From Vulcanimicrobiota bacterium (GTDB taxonomy: Bacteria; Vulcanimicrobiota; Vulcanimicrobiia; Vulcanimicrobiales; Vulcanimicrobiaceae), in the NCBI GenBank assembly GCA_963777315.1, contig CAVZQC010000004.1:448001-512000 (forward strand): 64,000 nucleotides of DNA, read 5' to 3'. The translations under genes were made by a program, and so were the position numbers. Under the pieces are notes generated by a model. That model saw nothing but the letters and a program-made list of their open reading frames with translations, did no database searches and was not told where the DNA came from. Positions 28,601-38,654 of the stretch are shown here, in pieces (within the stretch, counting starts at the first letter, position 1; the number at the start of each line of letters is the position of its first letter).

Positions 28601-31282
28601 CCGCACTTGATTTCGCGCCGCTTCGGCGCCTTCGACGATCTGCGTAACGCCGCTGTAGTCCATCTTCTGCAGCTCGACGTGCACGCGGGATCCGGCTTGC
28701 GGCTTTCCGGAGGGGTCGGTCACGATCACCGCGACGGAGACGGGTTTGCCCGCCGTTCCCACGAAATCGCTGCGCAGCCCAATCTGCAACGCACCAGGCA
28801 GCGCGGTGAAAGTCTGCGTCGCGCTGCTCGTCAGCTCTGAGGCGTCCGTAACCTCCCAATCGACGCGATAGGTCATCGCATACGGAAGGGCCTGGTCCAC
28901 GGAAATCGCCGCGACGCCTTTGCCGCCGGCATCCAAAGCAATCTTTTGCTCGCCGGCGTCCGACTGCACCTCCGGCGGCTGCTGCGGCCAAAACCACTGG
29001 CGGCCGAACGTGAAGTCGTCCCAACCCGTGGGCGAAAAGTTTGCTTGATCGCGCGTGACGTGCACGGCCGCCGTCACTCCGCTCATCGGCGCGCCGAAAA
29101 GATAGCGCGCCGTTCCTTGCGCGCGAACGACTTGGCCTGCGGCTGCGTACGTTTTGTCCAGCGACAGATCCACGCTGAAATTAGGCGGCCGAAACTCCGC
29201 CACGCGGAACGATCCGGTGGTCTGCACGCCGCTGGGTCCGGTTGCGACGATCGTGTAATATCCCAAAGCCTGCGACTTGGAAAAATCGATTGGAAAAGAG
29301 AACGTTGCATACCGGTTGGTCGTGTGCGCGGGCAACGTCGTCTTGACACCGCTCGGGCTTTCCAACTGCAGCGTGTACCAAGCGCCTCGATCGGCGTGAA
29401 GCGCGCCGTTCTGGAGCACGTAGCAAACGGCGGTAAACCAGCCGCGTTCGCCCGGCTGATACATTTGACGATCCGAGAAGACGGTTCCGCGCGACATCGG
29501 CTGGCCGGACGACCACGACGCGTCGCCGATCGACTGTGAATATTGGAAGACTCCGCTCCAGTCGAATGTCCGTACGTAAGCCCAGTCCGCACCTTCACGA
29601 GCCACGACGTAGAGTTGCGGCGCCTGATCGGCCGGCCGATTTCCGGCGTAACATGCTTGGAGATCGGGACCCGCGATCGTCAGCGTGCCGGACGCATCGG
29701 TCGTTCCTTGCGCGCATCGGCGCGCCGGTACGGGCAACGGTTCGTCCGCGTGCGAAGCGTACACGTCGACGGAAGCTCCGCGTACGGCGGCGCCATCGCT
29801 CAAATGCGCGACCATAATGACGCCGCTTTGGGCAAACCACTGCGCGAAGACGCCGAGGTTGGTCAGCTGCACGGTGCCGGCCATCGGAAACGATCCCGGC
29901 AAACCGGAGTCGGTACCGTACGCCAGCATTCCCGCCGGTTTTCCCAGCAGCTTTCGCAGCGGCACGTTTATCGTGCTCGTCCCGTTGCGCGCCGCGCCGG
30001 CGACGATGCGCCGCGGCCAGGCAGAGCGCGGCGGCAGCAGCTGCGCCGCATCGCCGTCGAAATTGGCGACGTCGGCAGGCGCGAGCACGCGATACTGCGC
30101 GCGATAAACGTTCGACGGCAAATTGGCCGCGCTGTACTGGAGTTGCAGATTCTGCGACGAAACGAACGTGTTGCTTCCGGTCGGCGCCCAAAAGTACGGT
30201 GCGAGATCGGGCGTTGTGTATCGCTGCTCGACGCCGCGGCCCAGATTCTGGCCGTAGACGTCCCGGAGCGAGGAGTCGAACCGGAAAGTATACGCCGTGC
30301 GCGGAGCGAGCGCGTAGGGGTTCACGTAGATTTCCGTGCGGTCGTCGGACAGCGAATAGAGCTGTGCCGACCGCGGGGCCGGAACGAGCGCAACGTGCCG
30401 GGCATACGTTTTGGGATCCAAACCATTGTTGAATACCAGCACGGGATCGCCGCCGGCAAAACGCGACAAGCCGTTCCACGTGAGCGGATCGGCCGTAGGG
30501 GCAACGCGCACGAATGACAGGGCAGAGTATGTCGTCATCGGCAGGTCCAGGGATGAACTGCTTGCCACGTTTCCACGCAGCGGCATGATACCCGGGGCGA
30601 TTCGCAGCCGGTAGTGCGTCGCTCTGCGCAAGTCGGTTTCCGGCGCGATCGCATAGGTGAAACCGGCGCCCTGCGGAGCCGGTGAAGGCGTGGTCACCAC
30701 GGCGCCCACGCTGCCCTGCGGTGACACGAACGCCGCGTGCCGAGCGACGTCGGCACTCGCTGCTTGCGCGCTCGAAACGATTCGCACCGACGGCATGAGC
30801 GATACGATGCCCGGCGTGGCCCGGATATCCGGGCGCAGTTGCAGGGGCGGCGTCGTAAACGTCCAGGCGAGATCGCGATCGAGCACGTGACCGCTCAGAT
30901 CGTCCAGCCCTTTGGTCAGCGTTACGCGCAGGCGCGTCGCGGGCGGCAGCGGGGCGTCGGACTGAAACGCAATCATGCGCGGCGTGAGAACGACGAACGC
31001 GCCCGGCAGCTCCGGCGCCAGCTGAAAGTGGCCGAGCACCGTTCGGTCGCGATCCGACCCAATCTGCTCGACCGGCAAGACGGGTGATTCGAACAGGATC
31101 CGGATTTGCGCGCGCTGCGAAACCGCGCCGAACGGCGAAAGGTGCGAAATCCACGCGGGAACCGCCGGGGAAGGCAAGGCTCGCACCGTCGCCATCGGTG
31201 CGGGTGCCTGCGAACCGGATTGCACGCATCCGCCAAGAACGGTAAACGCGATGATTCCCGCGATTCCAAGAGGCGCGCGCAT
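25688..31282 (-). CDS. Alpha-2-macroglobulin family lipoprotein
   Basis: 1864 aa; lipobox LGGC; FSDRQMYQPGE, FRVAEFRPP, PDDLTTWRVMA, LQRIDGGFGFW, DPLPAGFE. Confidence 0.93.
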   Translation of the reverse strand: MRAPLGIAGIIAFTVLGGCVQSGSQAPAPMATVRALPSPAVPAWISHLSPFGAVSQRAQIRILFESPVLPVEQIGSDRDRTVLGHFQLAPELPGAFVVLTPRMIAFQSDAPLPPATRLRVTLTKGLDDLSGHVLDRDLAWTFTTPPLQLRPDIRATPGIVSLMPSVRIVSSAQAASADVARHAAFVSPQGSVGAVVTTPSPAPQGAGFTYAIAPETDLRRATHYRLRIAPGIMPLRGNVASSSSLDLPMTTYSALSFVRVAPTADPLTWNGLSRFAGGDPVLVFNNGLDPKTYARHVALVPAPRSAQLYSLSDDRTEIYVNPYALAPRTAYTFRFDSSLRDVYGQNLGRGVEQRYTTPDLAPYFWAPTGSNTFVSSQNLQLQYSAANLPSNVYRAQYRVLAPADVANFDGDAAQLLPPRSAWPRRIVAGAARNGTSTINVPLRKLLGKPAGMLAYGTDSGLPGSFPMAGTVQLTNLGVFAQWFAQSGVIMVAHLSDGAAVRGASVDVYASHADEPLPVPARRCAQGTTDASGTLTIAGPDLQACYAGNRPADQAPQLYVVAREGADWAYVRTFDWSGVFQYSQSIGDASWSSGQPMSRGTVFSDRQMYQPGERGWFTAVCYVLQNGALHADRGAWYTLQLESPSGVKTTLPAHTTNRYATFSFPIDFSKSQALGYYTIVATGPSGVQTTGSFRVAEFRPPNFSVDLSLDKTYAAAGQVVRAQGTARYLFGAPMSGVTAAVHVTRDQANFSPTGWDDFTFGRQWFWPQQPPEVQSDAGEQKIALDAGGKGVAAISVDQALPYAMTYRVDWEVTDASELTSSATQTFTALPGALQIGLRSDFVGTAGKPVSVAVIVTDPSGKPQAGSRVHVELQKMDYSGVTQIVEGAEAARNQVRYVTVARADVESGSQPRPVSLVAPDSGSYRIRANFADAANAATATDTQVWITGAGPAVWGQENPSQLQLKLDKQQYGVGDMATVAVACPYDKADLYLSVVRDRVLYKTLVHVNGSAPRVRIPIEQSMFPNAAVEGVLVRRGAPLAQRSPLDVDSLVRIGLVPLTLDVRSRALSVRLEPVSASLEPHARESIRMRVVDRRGRAIRSQLTVMVVNDAILRLSGYRPPDLLQTVFAAQPIATRLADNRPDVTLAQISSATQKGWGFGGGFLAGAAGTRVRTHFMPLAYFNAGVTTDERGEAFVSFTTPDDLTTWRVMAVAATGDSIPRFGQADATFVTTKPLVTDPLMPQFARPGDRFDGGLLLMNATGTAVDARTQALLSGSLTFASNDVRTTQAQSTFGQGLNPWRFPMVVGSAGPASMQFITTTGRASDAFRVPLDIRSAGVSESTMDAGAAQTQDTIPVVVGNNGIVRIDFAGSLLPEIDAPVKRVLAVETPALLTPLASRLNIAVRMRELQAKLGAHTGIDASSAASDAVRGLLALQRIDGGFGFWPDADSSDAFASAYAVRALALAARSGIAVPKAALAKAKPYLVRGLSDPAGAVKWCTAASCKASLRLAMLEALASMGDRRTDFLQSIVAGRGDLGIAERIDLALYVQHTPGWGAQADSLARSLEREVAVTGRYINVQEQPSWYGSPVQAQAAYVRLLVDRGAPQQDADRALRALVAQQCKCGWSGLDDTAAALAAIADYANAQRAAPDFTAEAILDGSNAGSARFTAFSDPAHTIELRHLRPGSHTVVLRKTGSGTLHYVVSYTYALGADAPGQLSGLRAMRTIRAVNSSTPLATIDLSADAQPLAFAAGNVYDVEVQVITDHPVDRVLVDDPLPAGFEALDTSFATSAAYYRPLADDWQIDYQQIYRDRIVAFAQHLDPGAYAFHYLARSVTPGEYLWPGTHAYLLNAPEQFGRSSYRRVRVDL

Positions 31283-31344
31283 GCCGCACCGTTCTACGAA
31301 ATGACGGGAAATCTCTTGGTGCGGCGGAACGAGGTTGCGTGAGG

Positions 31345-33483
31345 ATGCGCTCGCGCCCTTGGGCCTTCATGCTCGCGGCGATCGCAGCGGTTGCCGTAGC
31401 GCCGCGTCTGTTTGCGATCCCGCCGGATCGTCTGCAGGGGCGCAGTACGTCCGCAACGTTTCTCGATCGATCGGGCGTTGCGCTGGGAACGGTGCTCGAA
31501 TCGACCGATTGGCGGTCGGTGTCTTTGCCGCTCGATCGCATTTCCTCGAATTTTCTCGATGCGATCGTCGCCTCGGAGGATGCGCGGTTTTACCGGCACG
31601 GCGCGATCGACGTCTTGGCTCTGGCACGCGCGTCGCTGCAGACGCTGCGCTGTCTGTGCGACGCCGGCGGAGCATCGACGTTAACGATGCAGACTGCCCG
31701 CGCGCAACTGGCGCTCCCCGGCGGCATACAGGGCAAGTTGCTGCAGATGTGGGATGCGCAGCGCATCGAAGCCGGCTCGGGCAAACGCGCGATTTTGGAC
31801 GCGTACGTCAACGGCGTCGCGATGGGCGGCAATCTGTACGGCGTCGAAGCCGCCTCGCGCGCATATTTCGGCATCCCTGCCGGCGATTTGGACCTCGCGC
31901 AAGCCGCGCTGCTGGCGGGGCTTCCGAACAATCCCGCGCAGCTCGATCCGCGCGAGCATTGGCAGGCCGCCCGCGCTCGGCAGCGATACGTGCTCGGGCG
32001 CATGGTCGCCGCCGGCTACATAACGCCCCTGCAGGCAGCCCTCGCCAAACGCGAAGCGATTCACGTGCTGCCGGTCATTGCCGATTTGAACGCCCCGCAA
32101 CAGCTGCTGCTGCGCATGGCGCCGCGGCATGCCGGCATCGTGCGCACGACGATCGATCTCACGCTCGAGCGTTTCGTGCAAACGCAGGCCCAGCAGGTCG
32201 TAGCAGCGCTGGCCAGTCACAACGTCACGCAAGCGGCCGCGCTGGTGATCGACAACGCAAACGGCAACGTGCTGGCCTATTTGGGATCTCTGGAGTATTT
32301 CGACGATGCCTATCGGGGGCGCAATGACGGCGTGCGCGCGCTGCGTCAGCCAGGATCGACGCTCAAACCGTTTCTGTACGAATACGCGTTGGAGCAACGC
32401 GCGATCCGTCCGGACACCGTACTTGCGGACGTGCCCGCTTCCTACGCCGTTTCGCACGGCGAATCGTACAGCCCGCAGGATTACAGCCGCAATTTTTCCG
32501 GTCCGGTTTCCGTCCGCACCGCCTTGGCCGATTCGCTCAATGTTCCGGCGGTGCGCGTTTTGTCGAGCGTTGGCGTGCCGCATTTTCTCCGGCGCCTGCG
32601 CGACCTGGGCTTTACGCGTCTGCGCCGGTCCGCGGACTATTACGGTTTGGGCCTGACGTTGGGAGCCGGAGAAGTGACGCTGTGGGACCTGGCGCGCGCG
32701 TACGTGACGCTCGCGCGCGACGGGAATGCCATACCGCTGCGCACGACGTTCGACGATGCCCCCGCAGCGGGCGTCCAAATCGGCGACCCGGACGATTGGA
32801 GGTACGTGACCGACGTGCTGGCCGACCGCTACGCGCGAGCTCAGGCATTCGGTGTCGGCTCGGTCATCGACATGCCGTTTCCGGCGGCCGTAAAAACCGG
32901 CACGTCCTCAGGCTACCGCGATACCTGGACTGTCGGTTACACGCCCGAATATACCGTTGCGGTGTGGGTGGGAAATTTTTCGGGCGCACCGATGCAGCGC
33001 GTGTCGGGAGTAAGCGGAGCAGGTCCGCTTTGGAATCGCATCATGCTGCACCTGTACGAACGGCGCGATCCTCCCAACTTCGTGCCGCCGCCGTCGTCGT
33101 GGACGGCGCACGCCGGCCCTCTGACTGCGAGCGGCGTGCAATACGACGAGTGGTGCGCGCAGCAAGGCGCAACCACCGGGACGCTGCGCATTCTTTTTCC
33201 TCATGACGGCGACGCGTTCGAAGACGACCTGGCGCCGGACGATCCGCGCCGAGGCCAGCAGCAGATCGCGTTTCGCATCAGCCGGCCGCGCGGCGCCGGC
33301 GTGCAATGGACGCTCAACGGCAGGCCGCTCGCCCGCAGCACCTCAGACGCATATTTTTGGACCGTGCAACGCGGAACGTTTACGCTTTCGGTGCGTACGG
33401 CTTCGCGCGCGGTGCGCGTGCGTTTTAGCGTTACGCCTCGCGGCCCTCACGGCAAACGCGGATTCGCCGTTGCCGGCGAGTAG
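31345..33483 (+). CDS. pbpC: Penicillin-binding protein 1C
   Basis: EDARFYRHGAID, GASTLTMQ (transglycosylase); STLK, SLN, KTGTS (transpeptidase); C-terminal beta domain; next to A2M. Confidence 0.88.
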   Translation: MRSRPWAFMLAAIAAVAVAPRLFAIPPDRLQGRSTSATFLDRSGVALGTVLESTDWRSVSLPLDRISSNFLDAIVASEDARFYRHGAIDVLALARASLQTLRCLCDAGGASTLTMQTARAQLALPGGIQGKLLQMWDAQRIEAGSGKRAILDAYVNGVAMGGNLYGVEAASRAYFGIPAGDLDLAQAALLAGLPNNPAQLDPREHWQAARARQRYVLGRMVAAGYITPLQAALAKREAIHVLPVIADLNAPQQLLLRMAPRHAGIVRTTIDLTLERFVQTQAQQVVAALASHNVTQAAALVIDNANGNVLAYLGSLEYFDDAYRGRNDGVRALRQPGSTLKPFLYEYALEQRAIRPDTVLADVPASYAVSHGESYSPQDYSRNFSGPVSVRTALADSLNVPAVRVLSSVGVPHFLRRLRDLGFTRLRRSADYYGLGLTLGAGEVTLWDLARAYVTLARDGNAIPLRTTFDDAPAAGVQIGDPDDWRYVTDVLADRYARAQAFGVGSVIDMPFPAAVKTGTSSGYRDTWTVGYTPEYTVAVWVGNFSGAPMQRVSGVSGAGPLWNRIMLHLYERRDPPNFVPPPSSWTAHAGPLTASGVQYDEWCAQQGATTGTLRILFPHDGDAFEDDLAPDDPRRGQQQIAFRISRPRGAGVQWTLNGRPLARSTSDAYFWTVQRGTFTLSVRTASRAVRVRFSVTPRGPHGKRGFAVAGE

Positions 33484-33488
33484 CAGCG

Positions 33489-34424
33489 TTACGCGTTCGC
33501 GCGTGCGGCAAACGCCTCTTTGGCTTTGACGAGGCGCACCATTGCGTCGTTGTACGGTGTGGCAACGCCGGTTCTGCGTCCGGCGGCGCACACGGCGCCG
33601 TTGATGTGATCGATTTCGCTGGGATGACGCGATTCCAAATCGAACGCCATCGAGCTCTTGCTGTCCGCGCCGACGGCGATGACCTCGGTGACGTATTGCC
33701 AGGGGTTTGGAAACGGAAGATTGATCTTGAGCGCGGCCGCGACGCTTGCCGCTTCTTCTGCAAGCGCTTCGGCAAGACGCGCTGCGTTGGGATCTTTGAC
33801 GATGTCGCCCGATTCGCAATCGAGCAGGGCGCTCACCGCATTGATCGCCGCGTTGGCGACGAGCTTACCCCAGAGGTGCGGTCGAATGTCGTACACGACC
33901 GACGCCCGCATCCCGCTTCCGGTCAGCAGTTCGGCTACGCTCCGCGACGTGCTCGGTGAGGCGCCCCCCGATCCGACGATCGTATTGCCTTCCTCCGAAC
34001 TGCGCACGCGTCCGGGCGCGACGGTCAGCGATGATTCGGTGGTGATGCCCAGCACTACCGGAACGGCGCCTCCGAGCGCGGTCTTGATGGCGTCCTCATT
34101 GCCCACGCCGTTTTGCAGCGAAACGATCGGCGTGGAAGGGCTCAGCTCGCCGGCGAACGGCCGCAGAGCGCGCAGCGTGTCGACGGCCTTGACGAACAAA
34201 AAGACGATATTCGATCCGAAGAGGTCCCTTGCGTTTCTCCCGACGCGAACGGGCCGCGCGGGAGCGTCGTTCACGCAGACTCCGCCGAACTGTTCGATGG
34301 CATCGAGCACGGAGCCGTTTCGGTCCAGCATCGTCACCGTGCAGCGCGAGGCCAAGTGAAAGCCGAACAGCGTTCCCATCGCTCCGGACCCGATGATGCC
34401 TACGCGCCGGGTGGTTTGCTCCAT
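33489..34424 (-). CDS. panE: 2-dehydropantoate 2-reductase
   Basis: GSGAMG, FVKA, LQNGVG, WGKLVANAAIN, KSSM, EIDHING. Confidence 0.92.
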   Translation of the reverse strand: MEQTTRRVGIIGSGAMGTLFGFHLASRCTVTMLDRNGSVLDAIEQFGGVCVNDAPARPVRVGRNARDLFGSNIVFLFVKAVDTLRALRPFAGELSPSTPIVSLQNGVGNEDAIKTALGGAVPVVLGITTESSLTVAPGRVRSSEEGNTIVGSGGASPSTSRSVAELLTGSGMRASVVYDIRPHLWGKLVANAAINAVSALLDCESGDIVKDPNAARLAEALAEEAASVAAALKINLPFPNPWQYVTEVIAVGADSKSSMAFDLESRHPSEIDHINGAVCAAGRRTGVATPYNDAMVRLVKAKEAFAARANA

Positions 34425-35128
34425 TACGGCCGATTTCGCGAACGTCTCGCGTCGTTCCGTCCCCGAAAGAGCCCGTAGAAGCCGACCAGAATCGCGCCGC
34501 ACGAGAATCCGCCGATGTGCGCAAAGTATGCAACCCCGCCTTGGTTGGCGTGCGGGTCGAGCGTTGCGAATCCCAGAAAAAACTGCAGCGCGGCCCAGAT
34601 GCCGATGACCAGAACGGCGGGCAAACGCAAAAACAGCGGAAAGCACCCAATCGGCGTGATCGTATCGATGCGCGAGGCCGGAAAACTGACGATGTACGCG
34701 CCCAGGACGCCCGCAATGGCGCCGGAGGCGCCGATTTCCGGAACGTGACTATTCGGAGCGGCCCAGATTTGCGCCGCTCCGCCCGCCAGACCGCACACGA
34801 CGTAGACCAGGGCAAAGCCGGCGTGTCCTAAATAGCGCTCCATTCGCGGCCCGAAGACGACCAGAAACAGCATGTTGAAAAAGATGTGCGCAAAGCCGCC
34901 GTGAAGGAACATCGACGTGATCAGCGTGAGCCAGTACGGGTGCGGCGAGGGCGGCGGCAGCGCAATGCGGTGAGTGATGTTGTACGGCACCAGTGCAAAG
35001 GCATTGATGACGTGCGCCGCTCGCGCAGCCTGCAGCTCGCGGTAAAAGAAATAGACGTTCGCGGCGACGACGAGCCACACGACCGCCGCAAAAACGGCCG
35101 GCCGCTCCTCGTCGGCGTACGGTATCAC
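34424..35128 (-). CDS. Rhomboid-family intramembrane serine protease
   Basis: SMFLHGGFAHIFFNM, GASGAIAG, AYFAHIGGF. Confidence 0.93.
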   Translation of the reverse strand: MIPYADEERPAVFAAVVWLVVAANVYFFYRELQAARAAHVINAFALVPYNITHRIALPPPSPHPYWLTLITSMFLHGGFAHIFFNMLFLVVFGPRMERYLGHAGFALVYVVCGLAGGAAQIWAAPNSHVPEIGASGAIAGVLGAYIVSFPASRIDTITPIGCFPLFLRLPAVLVIGIWAALQFFLGFATLDPHANQGGVAYFAHIGGFSCGAILVGFYGLFRGRNDARRSRNRP

Positions 35129-35140
35129 GGTGCCGCGTTG

Positions 35141-36691
35141 CTAGAACTGCAGCTGAAGGCCGAACACGGTGCGCCGGTCGGATCGCGTCAGGTCGCGCTG
35201 ACCCAAGAACAGCTTGGCCCACTTGAAGAGATTGAGGTTGCCGTATATGTCGAACGTCGGACGCCGAAGATCGTACACGCGCGTTTCGGCGCCGAACCTT
35301 CCGGCATCATACGAGGCGAGCGCGCCGATCTGCGAATACAGAATGCCTGCGCCGACGTGGAAGTCTCCGGCGTTCTTCAGGCCCATCGCATTCCACGTCG
35401 TCTTGCCGCCGATGTCGTTTGCGCCGAGCATCGCGCTGATGTTCCCGCGCGGCACGAATAGCGCGTTGATGTCTGCCTGGGGGCCGCGATCGCCGCTGAG
35501 CAGCGGGCTGGGGCCACTGACGCTTTGCGCGTCGAGGTAGCTCAGGCGCAGCTGCACCTGTGCGAGATTGCTCAGTGCGGCGCTCAAACGGCTGCCGATG
35601 CCGCCGGTAGCGGCCGCCGCCGGAGCCGGCGTTTGCGTTCCGGGCGGCGGAAGATTGGCAGTGCTGCTCCCGATTGGATACGGCGTCGCGCCGGCGTCCA
35701 CACCGTAGACGTGGCTGCGGCCGCCAAGCGTACCCAGCAATGAGTCGGCTTTCTGAGTGGCTGCGTCGAGATTGGCGACCGTGTCGCGCAGCTGCGCTTG
35801 GGTCTGCGGCCCAGTGACCTGACGCAGATCGCCGGTCAAACCGGCGATATTCGCGGTAAGGTCGCGAATATTCGAAGTCGTGGCAACCAAGTTGCCTTTC
35901 AACCGAGGATCCGTGGCCAAGCTCTGGAGCGAGTCCATCGATTTGTTCAGCGCGAGTGCGGTGCGGTCGAGGGACGTGAGCATGCTGTCGATTTTGTATT
36001 GGTTGCGGCCCAAGGTCGTATCCAACGTAGCCGTCATGTCGACGATATGCGTTCCGGCTTGCTGCATGGTAGTGTTCAGCGTACCCGACAGGTCCGCCAC
36101 CGTGCCTTTGAGCTCGGTCGTCATCTCGTCCACGTTTGCAAGCGCCGTCTGCAGCGTGTTGAGCAGCTTGGGCTCGCGCTGTTCGAGCGTGGCCAGCATG
36201 GAATCCAGCCGGCGAATCTGCCCTTGCCCCTGCTGCAGCAGATCGGCGATCGTCGGGCTGGCGATACCGACGGGCTGCTGTGCGATCGGTAAAACGCGTT
36301 TGGGGAGCACGGCGTAGTCGGGCAGCGGCGTTGCGGTATACCCGGCGGGAAGCGGGCGCGGAACCGGCGGGACGATGATGAGATTCGGCGTGCCCGTGAG
36401 CGGCGCTTGGATCAGAAATTTGGAATCTTTGGGGATGTTGATGTTGTTCTGGATGGCCAGAATGACGTCGACGCTGTTGTCGGCGAGCAGTTGCACCTGA
36501 TCGACCGTCCCGACCGTAACGCCGCTGAAAAATACCTGCGCGCCGGTAGGCAGACCCGCTGCCGAAGCGAAGTGCACGCCGATGCGATAGCCGCTGTGCC
36601 GCGTTCCGAAGTCGGTAATCACGTAAAATATCCCGAACAGCAGCACCAGCGCCACCACCGCGAACAGCCCGAGTTGGCCTTGTCTGGACAT
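35141..36691 (-). CDS. MlaD/MCE-family protein with long helical and C-terminal beta regions
   Basis: TM anchor, FASAAGLPTGAQVFFSGVTVGTV MCE domain. Confidence 0.88.
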   Translation of the reverse strand: MSRQGQLGLFAVVALVLLFGIFYVITDFGTRHSGYRIGVHFASAAGLPTGAQVFFSGVTVGTVDQVQLLADNSVDVILAIQNNINIPKDSKFLIQAPLTGTPNLIIVPPVPRPLPAGYTATPLPDYAVLPKRVLPIAQQPVGIASPTIADLLQQGQGQIRRLDSMLATLEQREPKLLNTLQTALANVDEMTTELKGTVADLSGTLNTTMQQAGTHIVDMTATLDTTLGRNQYKIDSMLTSLDRTALALNKSMDSLQSLATDPRLKGNLVATTSNIRDLTANIAGLTGDLRQVTGPQTQAQLRDTVANLDAATQKADSLLGTLGGRSHVYGVDAGATPYPIGSSTANLPPPGTQTPAPAAAATGGIGSRLSAALSNLAQVQLRLSYLDAQSVSGPSPLLSGDRGPQADINALFVPRGNISAMLGANDIGGKTTWNAMGLKNAGDFHVGAGILYSQIGALASYDAGRFGAETRVYDLRRPTFDIYGNLNLFKWAKLFLGQRDLTRSDRRTVFGLQLQF

Positions 36692-36740
36692 CGGCTCCCC
36701 TATTCCGCGGACCCACGCGCGTGCCTGCGGCGCGTGCTGC

Positions 36741-37496
36741 TCATAACGGTATCGGCCCCACTTCCGAGCCCAGCAAAAATTGCTGCACGATGGGGTTCAT
36801 CGATTTCTGCACTTCGTCGACGGTGCCGTATTCAATGATCGCGCCCTCGAAAAGCATTGCGACGTAGTCCGCCATCATGTAGATCGACTGCAAGTCGTGC
36901 GAAATCACGACCGCCGTCGCATTGAGCTGCGCGCGCAGCCGCTTGATCGTGTCGGTCAAGAGATGCGTAACGATGGGATCCAGACCTGTCGTCGGCTCGT
37001 CGTACAGCACCAAGTCCGGATTGGTCACGACCGCTCGTGCGAAGCCGGCGCGTTTGAGCATTCCGCCCGAGAGCTCGCTGGGCATGTTCTGGTAGGTATG
37101 CGCGAGCCCCACGCTGTCGAGCGTGTGAACGACGACTTCGCGGATTTCCCGTTCGGTGAGCGAGGTGTGCTCGCGCAGCGGCAGAGCGATGTTGTCGCCG
37201 ACGGTCATGCTGTCGAACAGCGCGGCGAACTGGAACGCAAAGCCGATTTTGGTCCGCATCTCGATCAACTCGCTTTCGTGCATGTGGCAGATATCGTGAC
37301 CGCGCACGTACACGTGTCCCGCGTCGGGCCTTCGCAATCCGTCGAGAAGGCGCAGAATCGTTGATTTTCCGGCACCCGACATGCCGATGATGCACGTAAT
37401 CGCACCCTCGACCACGTCGAGCGAGCAATTGTGCAGCACGATGCGGTCGCCGTAGCTCATCGAAACGCCGTCGAGTTTGGCGATGAGCCCGGCCAT
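36741..37496 (-). CDS. MlaF/Mkl-like ABC ATPase
   Basis: GMSGAGKST, FQFAALFDS, LSGGM, LYDEPTTGLDP. Confidence 0.92.
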   Translation of the reverse strand: MAGLIAKLDGVSMSYGDRIVLHNCSLDVVEGAITCIIGMSGAGKSTILRLLDGLRRPDAGHVYVRGHDICHMHESELIEMRTKIGFAFQFAALFDSMTVGDNIALPLREHTSLTEREIREVVVHTLDSVGLAHTYQNMPSELSGGMLKRAGFARAVVTNPDLVLYDEPTTGLDPIVTHLLTDTIKRLRAQLNATAVVISHDLQSIYMMADYVAMLFEGAIIEYGTVDEVQKSMNPIVQQFLLGSEVGPIPL

Positions 37497-38326
37497 CAGC
37501 CGCCTCCGTACAAAAAGTACGACATGGCAAAGTTGATGATGAAGATCAGAATGATGCAAATGACGACGGCGCTGGTCGTCGATTTTCCCACGCCGGCGGC
37601 GCCGCCGGTCGTCGTCAAACCTTGATACGAACCGACCAGCGCAATGATGATGCCGAAAATCACCGATTTGAACAGTCCCTTGACCACGTCTTCGAAGCCG
37701 ATGGTCTGGCGCGCCGACGACATGAAGTCGTCGTAACTGATGTGGGCCTGCGCGTGCGCGATCCATTGTCCGCCCATCACGCCGACCACGTCGGCGAAAA
37801 CCGTGAGCAGCGGCAGCATGATCATCAGCGCGAGCAAACGCGGCACGACCAGGAACCGGACGGGCGCAAGGCCGAGCGATTGAAGCGCTTCGACCTGTTC
37901 GGTCACGACCATCGAACCGATCTCGGCGGCAATGGCGGCGCACACGCGTCCGGCCACGACGACGGCGGTGAGCATCGGGCCCAGCTCGCGCACGTTCGTG
38001 TACGATACGATCCCGCCCACGAAGCTGCCGAAGCCGTACTGCACGGCCTGCACCGCCGACTCGAGCGAGAACACCATGCCGGTGAACAGCGAGGTCAGCA
38101 GAACGATTACCAAGGATTGGTAGCCCAGCAGAAAGCATTGGTTGACCGTTTCGGCAAAGCGGATGCGCAGTCTGAAGATCGTGCCGAAGGTCTCGCCGCC
38201 GAGCGCGGTCAGGCCGCCGATGTATTCGAACAGCGCACTGACCTTGCGCCCTACTCCCTCGAGTGCGCCCACTCCGGCGCGCTCGACGATCTCGGCGGCT
38301 TCGGAGCGTTCAGACTCGCTCAGCAC
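37496..38326 (-). CDS. MlaE-family ABC permease
   Basis: RELGPMLTAVVVAGR, AEIGSMVVTEQVEAL, GGAAGVGKSTT. Confidence 0.92.
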   Translation of the reverse strand: MLSESERSEAAEIVERAGVGALEGVGRKVSALFEYIGGLTALGGETFGTIFRLRIRFAETVNQCFLLGYQSLVIVLLTSLFTGMVFSLESAVQAVQYGFGSFVGGIVSYTNVRELGPMLTAVVVAGRVCAAIAAEIGSMVVTEQVEALQSLGLAPVRFLVVPRLLALMIMLPLLTVFADVVGVMGGQWIAHAQAHISYDDFMSSARQTIGFEDVVKGLFKSVIFGIIIALVGSYQGLTTTGGAAGVGKSTTSAVVICIILIFIINFAMSYFLYGGG

Positions 38327-38654
38327 TGCCGATTCGGTCCGCGTCCTGCAGCACGGCCTGCGTAGCCTCGATGCGGCGTACCGTCACGCCGCGCTCGGCG
38401 GTGAGATTGAAGTGCACTTGGTTCACGTGGTCCAAACGTTTGTCGACGTCGCGCAGATGCGCGCGCGCTTCGCGTTCGAATCCGGTAAAGTATCGGCGGA
38501 CGGCGCTCAGATACTCTTGCCGCGCCTGCTCGCTCACCGCACCGCCGGCGAGCGCCGCTTCCACCTTGCGCTGCGCATTTTTCATCGCTTTGTCCGTCAC
38601 GTAAAAGTTGCCGATGCGGGCGACCAGATCCGCGAAAGGATCGCCGGAGTTCAA
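38310..38654 (-). CDS. Small helical hypothetical protein
   Basis: TTG start overlapping rph stop; stop overlaps the mlaE start. Confidence 0.6.
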   Translation of the reverse strand: MNSGDPFADLVARIGNFYVTDKAMKNAQRKVEAALAGGAVSEQARQEYLSAVRRYFTGFEREARAHLRDVDKRLDHVNQVHFNLTAERGVTVRRIEATQAVLQDADRIGSAERV

